From the NCBI GenBank assembly GCA_016748015.1, contig JAAOMT010000699.1, forward strand, positions 186,001 to 250,000: a stretch of DNA of 64,000 nt, given 5' to 3'. Shown one piece after another: positions 41,137 to 54,709 of this stretch. The DNA is from Geosiphon pyriformis uo1. Lineage: Eukaryota; Fungi; Glomeromycota. Position 1 is the stretch's first letter. Each line of letters begins with the position of its first letter. Both the position numbers and the translations under genes were made by a program. The notes under the pieces are model-generated. The model saw nothing but the letters and a program-made list of their open reading frames with translations, did not search any database and had not been told where the DNA came from.

Positions 41137-41975
41137 TATTACAGATGCTTATTTGGAAAGTTGGAGTAAATAACAAATCTGTAATTTGGTGCTCAATTAA
41201 TATAGTTTGGTGTCTGTTTTTAAAAATTTTCATGATCTGAAAATTTTTGTGATTTAAAGGTTTTTGTGATCTGAAGATTTTTGTAAAGTTTTTTGTATAA
41301 TAAACAAAGATTTAAGTGTTGTTTCAGTTATTTCCTAAAATGTTTATTCTGTCAATTTTTTTCTCAGCTTGGTGGCCAGTATTTCTTGGTAAGCTATTCT
41401 TAATTTCTGAATGTTTACCTTTTATTCTGAGTTTTTTATTAATACTATACTTAATGTCAGTATCTTTATATATTAATCTTTTAATCAATTAGTAAACAAC
41501 AAAAAAAATAAAAAAATAAAATAAAAAAATAATAAAAGAAATAAAAAAATTAGTATTTCATCAATAACCATAATTAAAAACTATTGATTTAGTTTGATTA
41601 AGTATCAGTATTTATTAATATAAAGTGTTGATAGTAAAAAGATTAATTAATATTCTTAATTAATCAATAATAACATGGATTTAATAAGAATAAGTAATTT
41701 TATTAATATTTAATGATTTCCATTTCAAGTTATAGTATTTTATCTTTTAAAGAGAGAGTATTAGAACAATTAATTATTGTTAATTTCTTGTTTAGATGGA
41801 ATTTTGTCTTTTTATGCTTCTAATATTCTTACTATATATATAATTAAGATTATACAAAATTTCTTGATTTTTTTCAATTTCTTTAACCAGAAATTCTGCA
41901 ATCCTTTATTTACTATGTCTATTTCTAATTGGTTATTTTATATACTATTATAATTCCTATATTTTATAAGTAACA
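41137..41975 (-). mobile_element. Solo LTR related to the LTRs of the neighbouring Gypsy element
   Basis: Colinear similarity with 44760-45636, e.g. aaataacaaa...ttggtgctcaat, ggtaagctattcttaa, tcaattagtaaacaac, ttcaagttatag, ctatatata...ttatacaaaatttc. Confidence 0.75.
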
Positions 41976-42749
41976 GTGGTAAATTATAGATAATTTACTT
42001 TTTTTTGCAGTATCATATATTATAATATTTAAAACATGCATCTTAAAATGGACAATACTATTTGATAGCTTGATAAATGTTTCTGATTTGTTTTTATCTG
42101 TGGTTGAAAAAGTCTGTCAAATGCTTTTGTAAATACTATAATTGTTGACTTTCATGTAATTTTTAGGTTTTTCTGTACAATAAATTCAATATTTGTCTTA
42201 TTATTTAATGTTTAATCAATAATTTGCATTCTATCAGAGCTGGTTTCTTTTTTTACATACTTGTTTTCATTATATAGATGCATCAGTTCAAACATATATG
42301 GAGTTTTTTCTGGAGATCTTGAAACAAGGTTTTCAAAATAGATTAAGAGAACTGAATAAGATAATATTGTAATCAAAGACAATTGATTATATAACTTAAT
42401 TATTAAATTAGATAAAATATATAGTTGGTTAATATTTGTATTATCTAAAATTCTGATCTTCAACTTTATTTTCTCAAATGTTCTATTTTGCATATGCTGA
42501 TTTTTAAAGACATTTGTTGACATTTGTTGTTATATAATAATATATAATAATAGAGATATAAATAGAGAAAAAATTTGTTTATTTTGAGTTTTTAACATAT
42601 TGTCAATTGGTTTTTAATTAAAAATATGCTGCATAAAAAAAACCAAGACAGATTCTGCCAAAATATTTTCTATAATTTATAATATTAAATAATATATTAT
42701 GTGTACTAATATAACTTCAGACATAGAGAAGAATATTTTTTCAATTGTT

Positions 42750-44400
42750 AATAGTAGCAAAAAATTTCAATACCACCACATATGAAAATTTATATACATA
42801 GACATTATTGTCATCAAATCCTTCAAGATATCTTATAAATAGATTTCGTGAAATTAAACTTACAGTAATTATATAACAATTTTAAAATAATTTTATATCT
42901 TGAACATAATTTTTATGTACATAACATAACATTTTTCTATAATATCTTGTAAAATATATTCTTTAATAACCAATGTTTTGAATACTTTTTTTTCATAAAA
43001 TTTTAGGAATAGATTGTGTTTTATTTGATGAAAAAAATGATTAAAAGCTTAAAAATATAAATATAAGAGTAATATTTATAATTAAAAATTAATTTGATCA
43101 GATCTGAAAAAAAAAGAATTTGCAAACCATTTTTGCAATTTATGAAAGATAAAAAACAGTAAACAACTTTGAAAATTTTAACCAGTATCATTTCTATTAT
43201 AACATGAATACTTATTTTGAATTTAAAAATAATCTTTCAATGACTATAATATTGTGTTTTAAAGAATTGTTTGGATCTAAAAGATATATAAAATCTTTTT
43301 TAATAAAGATTTCTAGTTAAATTTAATATTTAAATAATGAATTATACCAAAAAAAAATATAATGACTAAAATATCTATTATGTATTTGATTGAATTATAA
43401 TTTAGTTTTAGAATTGGTTTTTTAGACTATAAAAGAAATTTCAATTGTTGAATATTTCAACAATTTATTAAAATGTGATATATAATAGCTTTTCACAGTA
43501 ATCAAAAAACTTATATCAATTGGTATTAATTTAGGAAAATCAGGTTGGAATTAAAAGATCTTTGGCTTTATCTTGATTAGGAGAATTAAAGTTGTTTTAA
43601 AGCCCATAATCTTAAATAGCTTTTTTTTGTTAGTGTTGTATATTTTCTAACAAGTTTGTTTTAATGCAAAAAATGTATAAAATATATTAGTTTAAGTAGA
43701 TAAAATTCAGATTTTTTTGTAAAGATCTAATAAACTTTTCACTTGTAAGAATTTGGCATCTTTAAAAATGTGTAAATTATTATTAAAATACATAACATTT
43801 TTAAAATCAATTGCAAGTCTTGATCAAATTCATGAATAGATAATATTTTTTTCGAATTTTTTGCTGATATGATGTAAAAAACATATGTCAAGTGTTAAGT
43901 GACTGATGGAAAAAAAGTGCATAAGACCTATCTTAATCATGTTTAAAGATTTTGTCTCTTTAATCACATTATAATATTCTGGATATTCTTTTTTAGATAA
44001 ATAATTCGGCATATTGTCGACTACTGAATATTAAAATAAAAGATTACAACTAGACTGTAATACTAAAATTGAAATTTATTTTAAATATTCTTACTACTAT
44101 CTTTTTGATTAACAATTATTTGCAATAAATCTTTTATCAGCTCTGAAGGATTGGCTTCAATTTGAAAATCAAGTTTTTTTTGGATTAGTTGTTTAATTGT
44201 TAATATTAGACTTTTTTGCCCAAATTTTTTGTCATAAGTTGAAGAAGTTTTTGTGGTAACTATTTTTATTGATGTCATCTGAATTTTTAACTCAGATAAT
44301 CTTTCCGATTCCAATAGAAAATTTTTTTGATGAATACTGAAAGAACTTTCTTTGATTGCTTTTTATTCAGAATTACAAAACAGAAATTAAAGTTTAAATT
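42750..44400 (-). pseudogene. Decayed bromodomain (possibly plus BAH) chromatin-remodeller gene copy, RSC1/2- or polybromo-like
   Basis: LSKKEYPEYYNVIKETKSLNMIK and FKNVMYFNNNLHIFKDAKFLQ resemble the bromodomain ZA loop and helices. EGFDDNNVYV (~42810) resembles a BAH C-terminus. Stops, frameshifts and intron-like gaps are present; boundaries approximate. Confidence 0.6.
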
Positions 44401-44759
44401 AAAACCAAAGAGATTTAAAGAATAGATATATATCTAAGTTAAAAACGTTATTTCTATTGTGATACAATTTTATTGTACAATATTATACAGTTCAAATCCT
44501 TTAATTCTGTTTAAGTACCAATTACATACTAAATTAACATCACATCACATAAAAAATGCCACTTCATTTTAAAAAAAAAAAGAAAAGCTAAAAATCAAGT
44601 TAGAAATACAAAAAGATCATATAAAAAAACACATTATACTACTTTAATAAATAATCATAATATTGAATTAAACAAATTTAATGGACTGAATGTTAGTAAT
44701 AAAGAGTGGAGCAATAATGATGACAGTGGATGAAATGATACAAAAGATATAGAAGCCAT

Positions 44760-45636
44760 TGTTACAAGTGATTATTTGGAGTGTTAAACAAATAACAAAC
44801 TTATAACTTGGTGCTTAATAGTTGAGAATATTGATAATTTTTGAAGATTTTGGTTAAGTTTTTTGTATAATAGGCAGAGATTCAATTGATGTTTTGTATC
44901 CTTTCAGAAGTGTATTCTATGAATTTTTTTCTTCAGCATGATGACTAGTTTATTCTGGCAGTTGTGCTTTTTTGGTAAGCTATTCTTAAATTTCTACCTT
45001 TGTTTCTGGATTTTTTACCAGACTATTCTTAATGTCAAATACTCAGCACTTAATTTTTTTAATTAATTAGTAAACAATACAGAAACGAAACAAAAAAAAA
45101 TAAAAAAAAATAAAAAAAAATAAGAAAAGAAAAGAAAAAATTAGTATCCTGTCAATAGTTATAATCAAGAGCTATTGGTCCAATATAGTTAAGTGTTAAA
45201 TGCTATCAACATAAAGTGTTGATAGAATGGAAATAATTAATATTTTTAATTACATGATGATAACATACATTTAAATTTAGATAAATAGATATTTTATTAA
45301 TATTAATGTAATTCCACTTCAAGTTATAGAAAACTATTTTTTAAAGAGAGGATATCGGGGTTTTTGAACTCTATTAAATTTTTTCTACTTTTTGTTTTTA
45401 CCTTTCTTGCTATATATACATAATTTTTGTTATACAAAATTTCACTTATTCTTGAACAATGTGCTCTAATTTTTTAAACAATATGCTTATTGTTAAGCAG
45501 TATACCATGATTTTCTGACAATATGGTTATTGTTGAGCAGTATTTTATAATTTACTGACAATATTCTCTTATTGGTCTATTTTTCTATCTGTTTTTTCTA
45601 CTTTTTTTTTGTACTTTTTTCTATAAATAACATTAT
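44760..45636 (-). repeat. 3' LTR of the Gypsy element
   Basis: Begins tgttaca on the + strand; matches 53782-54709. Confidence 0.88.
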
Positions 45637-48600
45637 CTTCTCTTTTAATATTGAGCTCTATTGAAATCTTCATTTTGGATTAAGTCTCTTATTTCTTTTT
45701 CTAATACTATTTGTTTAATTTGTTTTTTATTTTTTTATAGTAAGAGTTGTTTATTTTTTTCTACTGGTTAACAATTATTGTTTTCATTTCTTAGTGTAAT
45801 AGTATTTCTGAATAATTTTGAAATATGGTGTATAATCAATAAATTGTTTTGATGTATAGTATAAAATTTATTTTTTTTCCAATAAAATCTTTAATCTGTT
45901 GAATTATTCTTTGATTAAATATTCTTTTGGATTTATCAATATAAAATTTCTGAATATTTAGCTTTTGTTTTAACTAATAATAACAGTATAATACTAAAAA
46001 TTGTTCCATTCATAACTTTCAGTTTTTTTTAATTAATTTTTTTATTGGAACAATTATTGGTATTTTTCTAAAAGTATTCTTTACTTTTTCTATAATTTTA
46101 TTCAACTAGTATTTTGTTTAGTTCTATGGTTGCTAATATGAAGTAATTCTTGTTTTTTTCTTCTTTTTAGTATTTTAATAGCAAATTGTTTGGTAATTGA
46201 TAATAATTTCTATGTCTAATTGTTGTTAATTTATGGCTTGGAACAATTGTTGTGCTATTATATAGATATGATTTGGAATTTTCATTTTTTTACTATTGTT
46301 TTTATCACATGTTTTGTTTTTTTATATACTGTTTTAATCAATTAATTTGATATGTTTGTTTTGATGACTATAATTTGTTCCAAATCTTATGAAATTTTAT
46401 TTGGTTTAATTAGTATTTGTTGTACTTTTAATTGTAGAATATTACTAGTAGATAATAATATTATATTGTAATATGATTTCAATTGATTACCATGTGCTGC
46501 TTTAGCTAAGATTTTGTTGTTCTATCTTAATTTATAAGCTTCATTTTCTAGAATTTTTTTAATATGAAATAGTTTATTCTATTTGGAATCAAGTTTTTTA
46601 TTCTATTGTTTTTCTACTTTAATATAATATAAGAGTACTTTGTCTCTAATTCTGAATTTGACTGATTTATTTGGTAACTAATTATTATGTCATTTTTTTT
46701 GTTTTGCTTGTGACTTTTGTATGTTATCAGCTGCTTTTCACTTTTTGTTTTCTAAAGTTTTTATTAAGTTATATGTTCTTTTTAGTAAAATTTCTTGGAA
46801 ATTGGCTTCTGTTATTGGTTCAGCTAGATATGTATTGACTTTTATCTCAACTAATAATGTTGCTGTTTTATTATAGACTAATTCAAATAGTGTTGCTTGT
46901 ATAGTATCTTGTTTTATTGTTTAATAAGCAAATAATACTGATAATATAACCAAATCTTATTTATCCTGGTTTTTTTGGCTGATTTTACTATTGTTTTACA
47001 CAATATTTTGTTAAATTTTTTGACTAAACCATTGGTTTGTAAATAATATGATGATAATAATAGTCTTTAATTCCAAATTTTTGACTTAATTCTGTCAATA
47101 TTTTGTTTACAAAGTAAATTTTTTGGTCTAATAATAATTTTTTTGGATATTTGTGTTGACAAATTAAATCTTAATGTATGAATTCAGTAACAAATTCTGT
47201 ATCTGCTCTTTGAATTGCTTTAGTTTTCGGTTATTTTATAAGATAGTTCATAGCTACTATTATATATTAATTGTTTCTGCTAATTATTGTCAATAGTCCA
47301 ATTAAGTCAATCCCAATTTGATTAAATAGTTGTTCTATTTTAATTAGTTTTAGTGGTTTACTAAGTCTTGTTTCTTCTTATTTTTAACAAAGCATTATAA
47401 CTTTGAACATATTAAATAATGTTTGAATACATTGATGGCCAATAGTATTTGTTTTTGGTTTTTTTTATAATTGCTTCTTTATGAAAATATCTTGTTGTTA
47501 AATCTAAGTATATGTTAAACAATATTGTTTTTTTTCTTGTTTTGTAACTATTCTGAATAGTTGATCTGAATTTTTTCTGTTTTTCTAATATAATATATCT
47601 TGATGAATGATAAAATATTTTGATTGTTGTTTTATGTAATTTTGTTCTTTTTGAGATAATTACTTCTTGAACTATTGAGTATTCATATAATTTTAAAATT
47701 GGTAATATTTTTGTATGTTCATTTTTTGTTATATTTTTGGTTTAAAATGTTTTTAAATTTGTTTTATTTGTAACAAACTATTAGCATTTTTGTTTTCTTT
47801 TTTTTTAATAATGTATTATATAATTAAATAATGATAGTTTTATTATTCATTTTGTATGATAATTGTTTCCAAATTTTTGCTTTTGGATTGATGTTAATTC
47901 TTTGTGATTCATATATACATCAAACTTTTGACTCAAGTATTTTTTCTATTTTATAACAATTTAATAGATAGCTAAGTGTTTTAGTACTAGAGTTTTATAA
48001 TTTTTCTCAGCTAAACTTAAACTTCAACTAACATATGCCACTGAATATTCTTATCTATCTACTTCTTTTATAATAATACAGTTCTTAATGCTTGACCAAA
48101 TGCATTGATGATGATAATAAATAGTTTGTTGTGATTTGAATAGATCAGTACTAAAGCTTGAATAAGCTTTTTTTTTAAGATGTTGAAAGTTTTTTGTTTG
48201 GTTTTAGTCTATTTATATTTAACATTTTTTGCTTGTAACTAGTAAAATATTTAAGCCAGTTTGGAGAAATTCTGGATAAAGTGGCAATAGTATTTAGCAA
48301 ATTTTAAGAATATTTTTAGTTCTGTCAAGTTTGTTAGTACTAAAAAGTTTTTAATTATTTCAATTTTGTTTGGATCTGTTTTGATGCTGTCTTTGCTCAT
48401 AACATATCCCAAAAACTTGAGATCTGTCGTGCTAAAGAAATACTTAATAGCATTTAACTTTAGTTCTGTTCTTTTTAGTTTTTTAAATACTTGTTGGAAA
48501 TAGTGAAAATAATTATTAAATGTCTTAGAAAACATATTAGTATTATCAAAGTAAACTATTACTAACTTCTATAGTAATCCAATATAGACAATTTTCATAA

Positions 48601-51600
48601 GCTATTGAAAAATAACTGAAGTATTTGTTAAGCCAAAAGACATAATGTCAAATTTTAAATTTTTTTTTTAGATTGTAAATACTGTTTTTTCTTTATCAGT
48701 TAAGTTCATGGTTACTTGTCAGTAACTACTATCTAAATTCAATTTTGAAAACTATTTTTTTTTTTCAAAAACATTAAATAACTCTTGAATCCATGAAATT
48801 GGATAACTATCTTTACAAATAATACTGTTAAGTTTTCTGTAATCTATTCAAAAGCAGATTTTTTCATTCTTCTTATAAACAAGTACTATTAGTAATAACT
48901 ATAGACTCATTAATAGTTAAATTAATCTATTGTCCAACATTCTGTTGATTTTTTGTTAAATAATTTCATGGCTAGCTGGTAGTATTCTGTATGTTTTTTG
49001 TTTAATGGACATAATATCTTTAGTTTTAATCTGGTATTAAATAATATTAGTTCTGCCAAATTTATTTTTACTGGCAAAGATGTTAGTAAAATTGTTAAGT
49101 AATATTTTAAGCTGCATATGTTGAAATTTTTCAAGTTCATTTGCTCTAATTGTTTTGGTTGTAGCAAATAACATTTTTTTCATTCATATATTGTCTGTAA
49201 TGTAATATCCACATATTTACACAATTGTAAAAAGTCTGGAATAGTAGTTGGTAATTGGTTTTCAACTTCAGTGCTTAAATATTTAATAGTAGTTCTATTT
49301 GGTATTTTTATGAAGTCTTTGGTTGTGTTGTATATTGGAATTTTAATGTGTTTGTAATTTTTGGCTAGTATATAGAAATTGGTGATGCCAATCTTTTCTG
49401 ATTTATAAATGTTTGTTTCTGCTTCAAAAATCTGGAGTTAATTCTTCATTTTTTTTTTACAACTAATATATATTAATTATATAATAAAATAAAAATTGAT
49501 TGATAAGTAGAGATAATTTTTCTCTTATTTATAATTTCTTTTTTCATTTTATTAATTAATATGTTTATTCTACTTGTGGATCCAAATTCATTTATCTTTC
49601 TTGCTGTAATTCTTAATTTTTTTTTACTAATATTAACTAAGCTATTTTAACCAGAGACAAGAATATTGCCTGTGCTATTTTTTTATTTGATTCAATTATA
49701 TATCTTTTTTTTGAGTTATTTTGTAATATTGCAATAATATTTTTTACATATTTTGTATTAATTATTCTTTATTTGATATTAATTCTTTTTTTTGCTTGAC
49801 TAGATCTAAATTCTAATTGAACCATTGTTGTTGCTGAAATTTTTAGTACTATTTTCAGATTTATACTGGTGCATAAATAGGGTTCTAATTAAATAGCAAT
49901 TTTTTCTGAATATCTAAGATCAAATCTTGTATTAGTATTATGCATACATTCTGGCATGATATTTTTATTATTATCACTAAACTATTTAAGTTTCTGCTCT
50001 TTTAAGAGATCTAAGAATACAATATATTGTTTAAAGTTTTTGTTAAAATTTGAATTATTGTTGTTTTGGTTGTTATAATAAATAGTATTAGGACTATTAT
50101 TGTCATTATTGTTGGAGTCTGAATTGCAATCAAATTTTGATTCTAATTTCACTATATATTTGCTAATTGGCTCTTTCTCTTCAAAAATTGAATAGATTAT
50201 GTGCAGTGATAAATTATAAATAAAATCACAATTATCACAATATTCAAAGTTATTAAGAATTAAGCAATGTTTACAAAGTCTTATATTTAATTGTTTCAAA
50301 TACTGCTCTTGCTTTTTTCTAATCAATACTAGATTTTGGTAATGTTTGTAAAATTGTTTTGAATTGCTCAGAATGTCAATAAATACATCTGGGTTAAAAA
50401 TAAAAATGGTTTTAACAGATTCTGTTAAATTATTTTTAATTATAAATATTTTACTAAGCAAAGTATCTTTAACTTTAGTACTTATCATTTATCAGATTTT
50501 GTTTTTGTTGTGTAAATAGCCATTCAAATATAAAAGTATTTGGTTCTATACAACATTAAAAAACATTTTTTTGCTTATCTAGTTGCTAATGAGAATTATG
50601 TATTGACATAATATATTACATGTTTTTTCTTGACCAGGAATATTATTTTACATTTTTTTGTCAAATAAGATTTCTCTACAGACAAGATATAGTTTGTTGT
50701 TCTACTTTTCTTGCCATTTTGAATACTCAAAGCATTCTTAGTGGCATGGCTTGTAATAGTAACAAATACACATTCAGTAGTTTTTTTTTAGCATGATCTA
50801 AGTTTTCATAAATAAAAGCTTTTTCTTATAGTTGATATATTTAAAAAAATATAGAATATTTCATTTTTTGTATTCATAAAATATGATCTATTTCAATCAT
50901 TGGTTATTTTTTTAGTAACTGTCACAACTTCTGGTTTGTCTTCTTTTTTTTCTTTGTCTTTATTGTCCCAAAAAAGTATTGGTGACAATTTGTTGTGCTT
51001 GTCTTTAGCCCACAAGACTTAATAAGCTTCCCAAGTAGATTTTCTTTCTCTTTTTCCAATTTGATCAATGATTGTTCTCTTGAAGAAACTTTAAAGTGTC
51101 TGCAGATTGCAGGCACTTGAATATGCTAACCATTAAATATTAACTAAAGCTCTTGAGAGTTTTAGTCAAGTATAGTATTGATCTTGAACAGTCAGTCATT
51201 ACCAATAAGAGCTCAATACTATATAGTCTTTATGACAAGAATTTTAATAGGTGTGATAATACCATTAACTTCAAATAGAAAGTTAATAATTTTGCCAATT
51301 AGAATTTTTGTTACTCTATTGGCTGTAATAATTCTAAGACTAGCAGTTTAATTAACTCAATAATCTAATTGGTTTATGAGTTATTATGTGATGATATTGT
51401 CTTTTAAACCATTATTAAGAATTAACTTAATAGATTGGTTATTGACTTTAGCATTAATATACATGACAGTTATGAGTTTAGTGTTGAGAGTAGTTCTACT
51501 GAATAGAAATAGCATTATTGATTCCTTTAATTTGAAAGAAAATATGACTGGAAGTAATTTATTCTTAGTAATAGTTATTAGTAAATAGTGTTTTTGGGTT

Positions 51601-53781
51601 GGTTTCCAAGTTGTTAAATAGATTAGTTTCTAAGATAACTAAAAGGCTTAAATAGTTCTAAGAATCCAGGTTTTGGATGTACTTACTTCTTAAATTTTAC
51701 TGGCATGATCTTGATAATTGAATTGAAAAACTGGAAATTAGTTAGTATATTACTATTGCCAATTTTTCAATTCTACTAAGTATAAGTAATTTTTGGTTCT
51801 AAATTTTCAATTGGTATTAACACAGTAATTTAGAATGGTACTTGAATTTGTTAAGGTTAATATATTACTTATGGCTGTGATTAATAGATTATTAATACTA
51901 GAATTTAATATACTGAAAATATGTATATTGGTTATGACATTATTTGGAAGTGATAAAGCTAATGTTGTTCTTAATTCTGGGTGTAATTCGAAGTTTGAAA
52001 CTGGTAATTAAGGTTTCAATATTGGTTTTCTAATCATTGGTTATTTAACTTTGAACAGTAATCTAATTTTAAGTGTTTTCATTTACTATAGTAGTAGTAT
52101 ATACACATTTTTAGCTGTCATAATTGATTGGTTAATGATAATAGTATTGAAAATAACTGATTCTAAAAACAATTAAAGTTCCTTTGATTTTTACAACATT
52201 GTAAAGACTGATAAATAACTTGATTGTTAACTAAGTATTCTTCAATTTATTAATTAATAGCTTTGTTAAATTGTTTTAATTTGGTATTTAATTCAAATAA
52301 TCTGTTTATTACTAGATTTATAGTTTGAGCATGATTGGCTTTAAGTTCAGCCAATTCAAATTTTCAGGTGTGTGTAACTGTATTTTGAAGAGTATTTGGG
52401 TGTATTGGACATACTTGTTGTAAAAAACTACTGTATAATCTGCAAATAAATTGATTCAGAATTTGTGCTATTATAAAATAGTCAGCTTAAATTGCCTAAA
52501 TTTGGCATAAATTTCTATAGAAGCATCCTAAATAAGTAATAACTGCTTTAATATTACTTTATTTAATTGTAGTAAAACTAGTTAATAGGCAATTAATGCT
52601 GTTGTGATTGCTAAAATATTGTAGAAATGTGGTTTTAAATATATTAAAGGTTTGTGACTTGTTAATTAAGTTTTAATACTATGAGTTGGTGGTATTTTAT
52701 CAGTAGTAAAGAATAACTTGAGAGGTTTTAACATTATCTTAGTTATTAGCTGTAATTGTCTTGGCTATATTATTCAATTATGCTTAAACATTGTTCTTTT
52801 TGCCAGTAAATTTTTTGAGTTTGACAATAAGTACATATGCTATTGGTGCTAGTTGTTGTTGTTGTAGTTGTTGTTAAAGCTTTTGTTGTGGTAAGATAAT
52901 TGGTATAACTGGTAAATTAATCATAATTACTAAAGATAGATTTTGCTGGCTAATAGAAATAAGGTTAGGATTGTTTGGATTTTGTAGAGTTTAAACAATC
53001 AAAATTTATATTTCTGGATTATTTAAAATCAGTTTTTGACTATTATTTTCTTAATTACTGTTTTTTTTTCTGAATTGGTATTTTTTTAATGACTTGTAGA
53101 TCTGAAATTTAGTTGAAGTGGTAATGATTAAAGTCCTAATAGTATTGTTGATTGCAATTTGAATTCTTTAAAGTAATTGTTATAGGTTTTTAATAGTTTG
53201 GTTTTCTTTTAATTATTTTGGAATAGTACTTAAAATAATGATGTTTTTGTAATTAATGATGATGTAAATCCTAATAGTATATATATAGTACTTTTTGGTA
53301 TGTGATAGTATGATGAGTAAATAGGTAAAACAATTCTTGGTTTCTTTCAAGTAAATAGTTGTATTTTTTTTGGTGTTTCTGCTGATGGTTGTAATTTTTT
53401 TTTGTTTATAAAGATAAAAAGAAATTTTTGTTGGATGTATTTTCAATTTCTTTGTTTATTTTCATAATTAGTGGTACAAACAAATGATTTGGTAAGAGTG
53501 TAGTACTTTAGAATAATTTACTGTAAAAATTATTAAGAACAACTTCTGGATCTCTTTAGTTTTTCAAATAAGATTTAATTTTTTTATTGATGTAAAAATT
53601 AAAAGCTAATTCTGCTGGCCAATAATTACTTGTTAATTTAAGATAAATTTGGTAATATTAAAATAAAAATTTTGCAAATCTTAAATAATTTTCTTCTATG
53701 ATTTTTTGGTTTGCCATTTTTCCAGATAAATAGTGTTAATGCTGATTTTCTGTTGAATTATATCTTATAGGAAGCACCAAA

Positions 53782-54709
53782 TATTACAGATAATTATTTA
53801 GGGTGTTAAACAAATAACAAACTTGTAACTTGGTGCTCAATAGCTGAGAATGTTGGTAATTTTTGAAGATTTTGAAGTCTGAAAATTTTGGTTAAGTTCT
53901 TTGTATAATAAACAGATATTCAATTAATGTTCTGTATTCTCCCAGAAGTATATTTTATGAATTTTTTTTTCAGCATGATGGCTAGTTTATTCTGGCAGTT
54001 ATGCTTTTCTGATAAGCTATTCTTAAATTTCTATCCTTGTTTTTAGATTTTTTATCAGACTATCCTTGATGTCAAATACTTAGCACTTAATTTTTTTAAT
54101 CAATTAGTAAACAACACAGAAATAAAACAAAAAAAATAAAAAAAAATAAAAAATTAGTATTCCATCAATAGTTATAACTAAGAGTTATTGATCCAGTATA
54201 ATTAAGTATTAGATGTTATCAATATAGAATGTTGATAGAATGAAAATAATTAATATTCTTAATTACATAATAATAATATAGATTTGGATGATAAGTAAAT
54301 ATTTAATTAATATTTATGTAATTCTACTTCAAATTATAAAAAACTATCTTTTGAAGAGAAGATATTAGAGTTTTTAAACTCTATCAAATTTTTCTTACTT
54401 TTCTGTTTTTAATATTTTTGCTATATATACATAATTCTTATTATACAAGATCTCACATATTTTTAAGCAATATGCCCTAATTTTTTTGACAATATGCTTA
54501 TTGCTAAGCAGTGTGTTATAATTTTTTGACAATATGTTTATTGCTGAACAGTATGTCATAATTCACTGACAATGTATTTATTACTAAACAATGTATTATA
54601 ATTTTCTGATATTGTGTTTACTTACTAAGTACTATTCTCTTATTAATCTATTTTTCTATCTGTTTTTTCTATTTTTTTTCTTGTACTTTTTTCTATAAAT
54701 AACATCACA
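53782..54709 (-). repeat. 5' LTR of the Gypsy element
   Basis: Ends aacatcaca on the + strand (TG start on minus); matches 44760-45636. Confidence 0.88.

Larger units (their letters stand above)
44760..54709 (-). mobile_element. Full-length degenerate Ty3/Gypsy LTR retrotransposon carrying a dUTPase domain
   Basis: Direct LTRs 44760-45636 and 53782-54709. PBS tggtgcttcc next to the 5' LTR (~53770-53779); purine tract aaaagagaag next to the 3' LTR. Minus-strand order: gag, protease (LILNNG), Cys-rich region, dUTPase, RT (MSFGLTN, YFDN, KFLGYV), RNase H, integrase (IGIDLIG, QTNGLVKKFN). All are interrupted by stops. Confidence 0.92.
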
